Shown one piece after another: positions 40,881 through 47,668 of a DNA stretch of 64,000 nt (positions are counted from its first letter, which is position 1; every line of letters begins with the position of its first letter). The notes under the pieces were generated by a model that worked only from the letters and a program-made list of their open reading frames with translations, had not been told where the DNA came from and ran no database searches. Source of the DNA: Gammaproteobacteria bacterium (lineage in GTDB: Bacteria > Pseudomonadota > Gammaproteobacteria > Steroidobacterales > JBCCMA01). The DNA is taken from NCBI GenBank assembly GCA_045107005.1, contig JBGCFP010000080.1, positions 53,592 to 117,591 of the forward strand. Direction: 5' to 3'. Position numbers and translations under genes: made by a program.

Positions 40881-42805
40881 TGCTCCGCCTCGACATAGCT
40901 CATGCGATCGTAAGTGCTCGCCAGTGCGAATTGCGCTTCGGTCAGGTAGGCGCGCAATCGATCGGCGTGTGCGCCGAACCGGGCAATGGCAATGTCCTTC
41001 AGGTAGCGCTCGTGCGCCAGGAGTGACGCGTCAACCCGTTGGCTCAAACTCGCAATGCGCGGCCGCGACGCGGCGATGCGCTCGTCGAAACCGTCAAACC
41101 GGCGCGGTGCCTGCATCTGGGCAATACCAAGCGTTACGCTGCGATCGCGCGCGGTGCCGAGCTGCGCGCTTATGGATTTGAGCGCCTTGCGTTGCTCCCA
41201 GAGTCGGCCTTCGTATTCATGGCTTAGCCGCCACAGTAACGTGCCGCGCAGCAGCGCCAGTTTCGCGCGCGCCGCGTCGTAACGCGGGTCGTCAGGGACT
41301 TTCGCAAGCGTCTTTTCCACGCGCGCCATACGGGCGAGTGATTTTTCCTCAGCCGGCGTCGCCAGTGCTTGGGGTATGCGACGCTGACCCAGCTCGGTCA
41401 GGCGTTTCGCAACGTCGCCAACGCGCGCACTCAATTGGGCAAGGCGCGAATTACTGTCGTTCCGGGCAAGGTTTTCATCCTGATCGGCAAATCGGGCGAC
41501 GCGCGTTTCGAGCATGACGTCAAACGCTTCGATCCCCACCTGCCATTTCTCGAGATTGGCCCGCATCGCCGTCAGGTCGCGATAATTCTTCAACCCTTCC
41601 TGAAACTCGTGGTCCGCCATCAGTGCGAACAGGTAACGCCCGCGCTCATCGTTGGGCACTTCGTCCAGTGACCAAAACCAACCCACCTCACGACCGTCAT
41701 CATTCTCGAGCAACGTCTCGAGAAACCGATCGTCGACGAGTTTGGTGCTCAGCGCGTCCAGACGCGTAATCTCGTCACCAAAAACGGCAATGGCATCGCG
41801 GTAACCGGCCAGAGCGCGATTTTCATCACCGAGCTTGGCGTGCGCGAAAGGAATGCCCAGGCGCGATTCCTGTACAGCGGGGTCCAACGGGTCACCACCG
41901 GTCAGTGTGTCCCACGCCGTTAGCGCCACGTCGTACTGTTCCAGCTCCACCGCCGCCCAACCCTGGCCAAGACTCGCCTTGCTCGACCACATGCCGGTAC
42001 CGACTTTGTCGAGCAGGGGCAGCGCTTTTTCCGCTTCACCTTCTTTCAGATGAGCGAAACCCAGTGCCAAATACACCTTGTCGCGCAGCGCACTGCCCTC
42101 GTTGTATTCCTCATCATCCCCGCGCGAAAACCAGCGCCACGGACGCAACCAGGTGCGTCCGGTCTGTTCTACCGATGCCCCCGATGCCGCGCGAGAAAGC
42201 AAATCGGTGCCGCGCTTCACTTCGCCGTTGCGCAGCAGCGCAACGCCCAGGTTGTAACGCACATAGGAACGCCATCCCGGGGGTGCGCGCCACTTGGTCA
42301 AATTGGCCGCCGCCGACTCATACTGGTCGTTCTCGACCAGAATCTGTGCGCTAAGCAAGCGCTTGCGGGCCTCGAATTCCGGTTCCAGTTTGTCTTGGAT
42401 TCGGCCCAGCGCTGCGAGTGCGTCATCAGCGCTGCCGCGTTGATAGGCCAGTTGGGCTGCATACAGCCATGCGCGATCGCGCACTTTACTCTCGACGCGA
42501 TCATCCAGCAGGCGCTCGAATATTGCGTTGGCGTCACGCTGCTGGCCGTAGGACAGATAAATGCCGCCGAGCAACAGATCCGCATCATCCACGTGATTTT
42601 CGACGCGGCTTTGCTCTTGTGCCGCGAGCAAACGCGCGGCCGATTCAAAATAGTCTTCCTGATAGAAATGAAACAACGCGTGGCCGTATTCAAGATCACG
42701 CACAATTTTGCGTTCTTCGGCGGCACCCGCAACGGTGCACGCCAAGGCCGCCAGCAGAGCCGGCAGACAACGCTGCAGTCGTTGATAAGTCCGCGCGACG
42801 TTCAA
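40877..42805 (-). CDS. TPR-repeat protein with C-terminal coiled-coil region (642 aa)
   Basis: Signal peptide 'LPALLAALACTVAGA', N-terminal TPR units ('YGHALFHFYQEDYFESAARLL'), and a helical, Arg/Ala/Leu-rich C-terminal third. Confidence 0.75.
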   Translation of the reverse strand: MNVARTYQRLQRCLPALLAALACTVAGAAEERKIVRDLEYGHALFHFYQEDYFESAARLLAAQEQSRVENHVDDADLLLGGIYLSYGQQRDANAIFERLLDDRVESKVRDRAWLYAAQLAYQRGSADDALAALGRIQDKLEPEFEARKRLLSAQILVENDQYESAAANLTKWRAPPGWRSYVRYNLGVALLRNGEVKRGTDLLSRAASGASVEQTGRTWLRPWRWFSRGDDEEYNEGSALRDKVYLALGFAHLKEGEAEKALPLLDKVGTGMWSSKASLGQGWAAVELEQYDVALTAWDTLTGGDPLDPAVQESRLGIPFAHAKLGDENRALAGYRDAIAVFGDEITRLDALSTKLVDDRFLETLLENDDGREVGWFWSLDEVPNDERGRYLFALMADHEFQEGLKNYRDLTAMRANLEKWQVGIEAFDVMLETRVARFADQDENLARNDSNSRLAQLSARVGDVAKRLTELGQRRIPQALATPAEEKSLARMARVEKTLAKVPDDPRYDAARAKLALLRGTLLWRLSHEYEGRLWEQRKALKSISAQLGTARDRSVTLGIAQMQAPRRFDGFDERIAASRPRIASLSQRVDASLLAHERYLKDIAIARFGAHADRLRAYLTEAQFALASTYDRMSYVEAEQ

Positions 42806-42809
42806 CAGA

Positions 42810-43346
42810 TCAGTCCCATTCCTTGACCAAAAACTGTGGCTGGAGTTTTTTCTCGCTGTCGCGGATCTGTAGCTCCAGATATTTGGCGCCGAGGGCCTTT
42901 TCGAACTTGAGTGTGGTGCCGCGTCGGTAGTCGCGATCGTGCGGCCCTTTGCCAGTGAGTACGGCCACCAGCTCGTGCTCGCCCGCCTTCAGGTTGCCAA
43001 CGAACAATCGCTGCACGCCACCTCGATGCAGCGCATCGACTTCTTTTTCGGTGTACAGATAATTGCTGACGTTCTTCCCATCAAGTTTCAGCTCCATCGA
43101 GTCGAGTCCGAAAAATTCACCAACGTCCAGCGACACGAACACCGCGACTTGGGTATTTGCGGGATACAGCAGCTCTTCTTCCAGAATGAACAGATCGCGG
43201 TTTAGCGCCAGCAGTTCTTTCTTCAAGTCCTGTGCTTCGCTGTCGAGATTTTTCAACGGCATGGCGTCCTGCGCCAGCGCAACACTGGCCACGAGCGAAA
43301 CGCAAAGCGCGCCGACAATGTGACAGAAGGTTTGGGTTCGCGTCAT
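42810..43346 (-). CDS. Hypothetical periplasmic protein (coiled-coil + beta-rich domain)
   Basis: 178 aa with signal peptide 'VGALCVSLVASVALA' and a heptad-like 'SEAQDLKKELLALNRDLFILEEEL'. Located 4 nt upstream of the TPR gene. Confidence 0.65.
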   Translation of the reverse strand: MTRTQTFCHIVGALCVSLVASVALAQDAMPLKNLDSEAQDLKKELLALNRDLFILEEELLYPANTQVAVFVSLDVGEFFGLDSMELKLDGKNVSNYLYTEKEVDALHRGGVQRLFVGNLKAGEHELVAVLTGKGPHDRDYRRGTTLKFEKALGAKYLELQIRDSEKKLQPQFLVKEWD

Positions 43347-43354
43347 GAGAATTC

Positions 43355-44332
43355 TCAGCCTCCGGGCGTCAGCCCGCTCGAATAATGCAGCGCACCGCTC
43401 TTGTCGATGATTACTGCTTCAAAATCTTCCAATCGTTCAATCAGCGCCAGGCCCTTCTCGCGCCCGAGCACGAAAACGCCGGTGGATAACGCGTCAGTCA
43501 TCGTGGCATCGGCACCGATGATCGTGACGCTGCGCAGCGCGCGCGCCGAATCGCCAGTGTCAGGTTTTAGTATGTGGTGGTGCCGCACGCCGTCGCTTTC
43601 AAAAAAACGCTCGTAGTCGCCCGACGTGGAAATCGCTTCGTCCTGCAGCGGAATGCGGGTAATCAGCCCGTCTCGGTCGCGCGGATCGCGGATACCGACG
43701 GTCCACGGACGCCCGCGACGATCACCCAGAATGCGGCTGTCTCCGCCGGCGGTCACAATGGCGCTGGTCACGCCACGCTTGCGCAGGATCTTGACGGCGT
43801 TTTCCACCGCGTAGCCTTTGGCCACGCCACCGAGGTTAATCTTGACGCCATCGCGCGCGAATCGAATTTCTCGCGTCGAGCCATCCAGCACCACGTTGCG
43901 AAAATCAATCGCCCGAGCGGCTTCCAGGCGCGTTGCGTCGTCAGGGCGCATGCCTTTGCGGTAATCGTAATACTGACCCACGCTCTCGTAGGTGATATCG
44001 AAAGCGCCGTCGGTCAGATCCGAGAACGACAGGGCGCGCTGAATTAACTCATACAGTTCATCGTCGAGCACCACCGGTGACTTGGCGGCTCGCGCATTCA
44101 CGTCCGACACCTTGCTTGTCGGTTTGTACGTGCTCATCAGGTAATCGATGCGATGCATTTCGTCCATCACCGCATCGATGAGCGCGTCGCCTGCCCCGCT
44201 CTCGGGCTCCCACAGTTCAACCCGGATGGACGTGCCCATAATCGCCGCTTCGCCCGACACCCATTCGGCCGCAGCGACGTTTGCGACACTCAACGTCAGA
44301 ACGCAGAGAACAATGCGTTGTGCAAAGCGCAT
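43355..44332 (-). CDS. apbE: FAD:protein FMN transferase (ApbE family)
   Basis: ApbE motifs 'AIMGTSIRVELW', 'AFDITY', 'INLGGVAKGYAV' and 'AISTSGDYERF'. Has a signal peptide. I prefer the ATG at 44332 over the TTG at 44350. Confidence 0.85.
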   Translation of the reverse strand: MRFAQRIVLCVLTLSVANVAAAEWVSGEAAIMGTSIRVELWEPESGAGDALIDAVMDEMHRIDYLMSTYKPTSKVSDVNARAAKSPVVLDDELYELIQRALSFSDLTDGAFDITYESVGQYYDYRKGMRPDDATRLEAARAIDFRNVVLDGSTREIRFARDGVKINLGGVAKGYAVENAVKILRKRGVTSAIVTAGGDSRILGDRRGRPWTVGIRDPRDRDGLITRIPLQDEAISTSGDYERFFESDGVRHHHILKPDTGDSARALRSVTIIGADATMTDALSTGVFVLGREKGLALIERLEDFEAVIIDKSGALHYSSGLTPGG

Positions 44333-44340
44333 GGTCAGGC

Positions 44341-45513
44341 TCAGTACCAAAACGAGAAAAAGACTTGAATGACGTCAGCGTCAAACGCGAACAGCGCTTC
44401 TTCACCCACCGGACCGCCGCCGGGAATATTGCGGAAATTGTCGTAATCAAACGCGATACGGTCGTAGGTCACGCTGACCGAGCCGCGATCAAGCATGCCC
44501 CAGCCCGACTTTACAAATTCGTAGGTGGCGCCAAGACGCAACGTCGTGTTGGAAAAACTGCTCAGCTCCTTGTCGCGCGCCAGAAAGTTCTGCTCGTCAA
44601 TGCGCGAAAATAAATCACTGTAGAAGCTGGCTTGGGTTTGTTGATAGCTGCGAACTTTGACGTCAAAAATAAAGCGCTCGCCAAACGGGTGCGTGTAACC
44701 GATTTCGGCAGTGTGTGACTCGATATCCCAGGTATCACTAAAGTAGCGATACTCTGCGTGAATGGCCGCACGGTAGTCGAGAAAATAGCGACCGCGCAGT
44801 GCCACGGCGGAACTGGTGCGAGTGTTCGGATAGCGTTCGCGTTGGTAGGAAAAACCGATCGGGCTCGACGCGTCAAGAAAACGCACCTGGCGATACGGGT
44901 TATTCAGAAACCCTTCGTCGGTGATCCCTTCGTAGGAAAAACCGAGTATCAGGTTTTTGGTGACAATCTGCGAAATGCCCAAGCCGTAAATTTGTCGATC
45001 GACCTCTTCTTCGAACACGTCGTCACCGCGACGGCGAACTTCGTCGTCACCACGACCGTAAGACAAACTGACCGTCGTCAAGTCGCCAAAGATGTCCTGG
45101 CTGATACTGACTGACGCAGCGCGACCGGTAAAATCGTTCTCGTCGCTGTTGCTGAGCCCCGCACTGACGCGGGTTTTGCCGTTAACGTATTCGATGCCCA
45201 GACCCGCTTCCTTGCGCTCTTCGGTATACGGGCTGGCTGTCGCAATGACATCCACAGAAGCACTGGTCACGCTGTCGACGTAGTACTTGCCGGACACCGC
45301 AAACTGTTTCCCGATGCGTTTGCGCACGAGCAAAGCCGGCCCGTCGATGGTTGCCCCATCGCCTTCATAGCGGTGGTACAGCACATCCGCGCGGTCTGGC
45401 GCCAGGTCAGCCGCCAAACTGACCACCGATGCGCTCGCCGCGCACAGCAATAGTGCGAGTCGCCCGATGCGTTGTCCAAAAGTGCTAGCTTCGATATTCA
45501 CAATGTTGTCCAC
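44341..45513 (-). CDS. DUF3570-type outer-membrane beta-barrel protein
   Basis: 390 aa with a signal peptide. Alternating-hydrophobic beta-strand pattern throughout, ending 'IQVFFSFWY' (aromatic C-terminus). 'LYHRYEGDG' start as I recall for DUF3570. Confidence 0.7.
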   Translation of the reverse strand: MDNIVNIEASTFGQRIGRLALLLCAASASVVSLAADLAPDRADVLYHRYEGDGATIDGPALLVRKRIGKQFAVSGKYYVDSVTSASVDVIATASPYTEERKEAGLGIEYVNGKTRVSAGLSNSDENDFTGRAASVSISQDIFGDLTTVSLSYGRGDDEVRRRGDDVFEEEVDRQIYGLGISQIVTKNLILGFSYEGITDEGFLNNPYRQVRFLDASSPIGFSYQRERYPNTRTSSAVALRGRYFLDYRAAIHAEYRYFSDTWDIESHTAEIGYTHPFGERFIFDVKVRSYQQTQASFYSDLFSRIDEQNFLARDKELSSFSNTTLRLGATYEFVKSGWGMLDRGSVSVTYDRIAFDYDNFRNIPGGGPVGEEALFAFDADVIQVFFSFWY

Positions 45514-45551
45514 AAGTGTCAGCGGCCCGCAGGGTCCGCCGAGTACGTTAA

Positions 45552-45776
45552 CTAGTTACAACCGCAGCCACCACCAGCGCTACCTGACGCGCCGCGGGAA
45601 CCTTCGCGCGATTCGTAAACGTGATGCATGTAGGAGCTTGAGATCGGATCGCGATCAAACGCCATGATCGGGTCAGCCAGATTCGCCCGCTCGTAAGGCT
45701 TCACCCAAGGCTCGACACTGGCGCATCCGCTGCCGAGCACAGCGATGGACAGCACGGCGACCAGTCGCACGCTCAT
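45552..45776 (-). CDS. DUF4266-type small lipoprotein
   Basis: 74 aa. Lipobox 'VLGSGC'. Gly/Ser-rich C-terminus ending 'GGGCGCN'. ATGA overlap with the upstream thioredoxin gene. Confidence 0.65.
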   Translation of the reverse strand: MSVRLVAVLSIAVLGSGCASVEPWVKPYERANLADPIMAFDRDPISSSYMHHVYESREGSRGASGSAGGGCGCN

Positions 45777-46285
45777 TCGACCAGCACCGTGCGAATCATG
45801 TCCTGATAGACACTTTCGTCGCCCGCTTTGTAGCCTTTGTGGATGTAACGGATGTTGCCATCTCGATCGACCAGCACCGTGCTCGGCATGGCGACCACAT
45901 CGTAGTCCTTGCTGACCTGGTTTTTCTGATCGAACAGAATGGGGAAATCGACCGGCAGATCCTTGAGCAGGGCCTTTGCCTTGCGCGAATCTTTCTCAAC
46001 GTTTACCCCGAGCATCGTAAAACCCATGGGGCTGTAACGCGCGTGCAGATCGTCGAGCAGCGGCATCTCCTGTCGGCAAGGGCCGCACCAGGATGCCCAG
46101 AAGTTGATCATGACTACCTGTCCACGCAGCTCACTGAGCTTGATGTTTTCGCCCGACGCGCTCTTGAGCGTGAAGTCCGGTGCGAGAGTTCGCTCGGCCT
46201 TGGCACCGCTGAACGTTGCCATTAGCAGGAGCGGCAGCGCGACCAGCGCGGCGCGAATCAGGTTTGTGCGTGGTTGTTTACGCAT
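45773..46285 (-). CDS. TlpA/ResA-like periplasmic thiol:disulfide oxidoreductase
   Basis: 170 aa with a signal/anchor and the thioredoxin active site 'WASWCGPCRQEMP'. Confidence 0.85.
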   Translation of the reverse strand: MRKQPRTNLIRAALVALPLLLMATFSGAKAERTLAPDFTLKSASGENIKLSELRGQVVMINFWASWCGPCRQEMPLLDDLHARYSPMGFTMLGVNVEKDSRKAKALLKDLPVDFPILFDQKNQVSKDYDVVAMPSTVLVDRDGNIRYIHKGYKAGDESVYQDMIRTVLVE

Positions 46286-46302
46286 GGTTCGGACACCTCA
46301 AA

Positions 46303-46968
46303 TCAAAAGAAGAAAGAAAGACCAATGTGGTACTCAATGTTGTGCGCAGTCTTATCGGTACCGAGCAGGTCGATATCAAACAGGTGATCGCGCACGTCCA
46401 GACGCAGCGCCAGCGCATCGTTCATCAACAGTCGAAAACCGGCGCCAACGTTCACGGTGAAACGATCGTCGCCGGCAAACTCGGTGCTCCCAACACCCCC
46501 GATCAAATACAGGCTGCTGGTGAACGCGCGGTTGCGCCAGAAAAACACTTCGCCCGGGAAAATGTTGTACCCCAGCGAGGCGTTGTAGTACGTGAACTCG
46601 CGCTCGGAATCGGTCAGTAGCTGAGCATCGCCGCTCAGAAGTTCGAAGCTGGTCTCTTCGCCATCGGTGGCGCCGTAGGCCGCTTCGATAAAGAAATCTT
46701 CGGTGACGTGGAACGCGAACCGCGCCCCAAATACCGTGTTGGTCCCGAAATCCTCAATCCCCATCAATCCTGCATAAGCGCCAATTTCGAAGTTTTCCTT
46801 GTCAATTTTCGCGCGCTTGATTTCGCGTCGATCAATGTCGGGATCGATGACGATCGGGGTCGAATCATCCTCGACCAGCTCGTCGGTCGACTGCTGGCCA
46901 AACAGCGAGCAGCCGGGCAGCGCCAGCGTGGCGAGCGCTATAAGAAGAACGAGAGACCGGCTTTCCAT
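46303..46968 (-). CDS. Small outer-membrane beta-barrel lipoprotein
   Basis: 221 aa. Lipobox 'LALPGC' and an acidic linker, then amphipathic strands ending 'IGLSFFF'. Resembles the myxobacterial-type small OMP barrel domain. Confidence 0.7.
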   Translation of the reverse strand: MESRSLVLLIALATLALPGCSLFGQQSTDELVEDDSTPIVIDPDIDRREIKRAKIDKENFEIGAYAGLMGIEDFGTNTVFGARFAFHVTEDFFIEAAYGATDGEETSFELLSGDAQLLTDSEREFTYYNASLGYNIFPGEVFFWRNRAFTSSLYLIGGVGSTEFAGDDRFTVNVGAGFRLLMNDALALRLDVRDHLFDIDLLGTDKTAHNIEYHIGLSFFF

Positions 46969-47666
46969 TCGTCAATTTCCTCATTGTCGTCGCGGCTGGT
47001 AAACACCACGTAGCTTTTGTATTCCAGACGAAAGACGAACTGACGCGTCAAATAGGCGCGTAGGCCCACACCCACGTGGGCAGTCTGGTCGGTGCGATCT
47101 TCGGTCGCGACAAGCGTAGCGCTAGGTTGCGTGCGAATAACGCCGGTGCCGAGCGTGAACATCGGCGAAATGCGTTTCTCCGGGTACAGCGTGTGGACCA
47201 CGTTCAGGTTTGCGTACTCGCTGTCCGAAAAAGAACCCAGCCCCTTTGACACCGACAATTCGGTCGACAAATTCGGGCTGAGGGCAAACGAACCATAAAT
47301 CGACACGACGTTGGCGCCGCCGAAGTCACCGCCGGTGAAACCCATTTCCCAGCGTCGATTGGAAAAACTGCCGAAATCTTCATCCTCAAGTTTGATGCGT
47401 GCGCCGTCCGCCTGCAGCGTGCGCTCCATCTGGTCCCGATGCACCCAGCCGCGCTTGCCTTTGCGTGTGGTGACCCGGAACCAGTCGGTCCGCTGCCGCA
47501 GCACTTCCACCGATTCGCCCTTGTCGACCACGTGAAACACCGGGTAGCCACGACCGGGGCCCGTGTGCATTTCCAGATAAGGATCGTCCACTGTTACCGC
47601 CACCGGTTTGGCCTCAGCGCCAAACGACGCGAGCAACAGACAGAGGATGGAGAGGAATCGCCGCAT
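46938..47666 (-). CDS. SH3-domain + outer-membrane beta-barrel protein
   Basis: 242 aa from the ATG at 47666, 2 nt after the upstream stop. Signal peptide 'LSILCLLLASFGAEA', bacterial SH3-like 'LEMHTGPGRGYPVFHVVDKGESVEVLRQRTDWFRV..GWVHRD', then barrel strands ending 'KAGLSFFL'. Confidence 0.7.
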   Translation of the reverse strand: MRRFLSILCLLLASFGAEAKPVAVTVDDPYLEMHTGPGRGYPVFHVVDKGESVEVLRQRTDWFRVTTRKGKRGWVHRDQMERTLQADGARIKLEDEDFGSFSNRRWEMGFTGGDFGGANVVSIYGSFALSPNLSTELSVSKGLGSFSDSEYANLNVVHTLYPEKRISPMFTLGTGVIRTQPSATLVATEDRTDQTAHVGVGLRAYLTRQFVFRLEYKSYVVFTSRDDNEEIDEWKAGLSFFL

Positions 47667-47668
47667 GG

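Noticed and set aside
40877-42805. 'ASGASVEQ' in the 642-aa TPR protein as an ApbE flavinylation motif
   Set aside because: A four-residue [ST]GA[ST] match is expected by chance about once in the ~5000 residues of this array. The context (a TPR helix) is unlike known acceptor loops.
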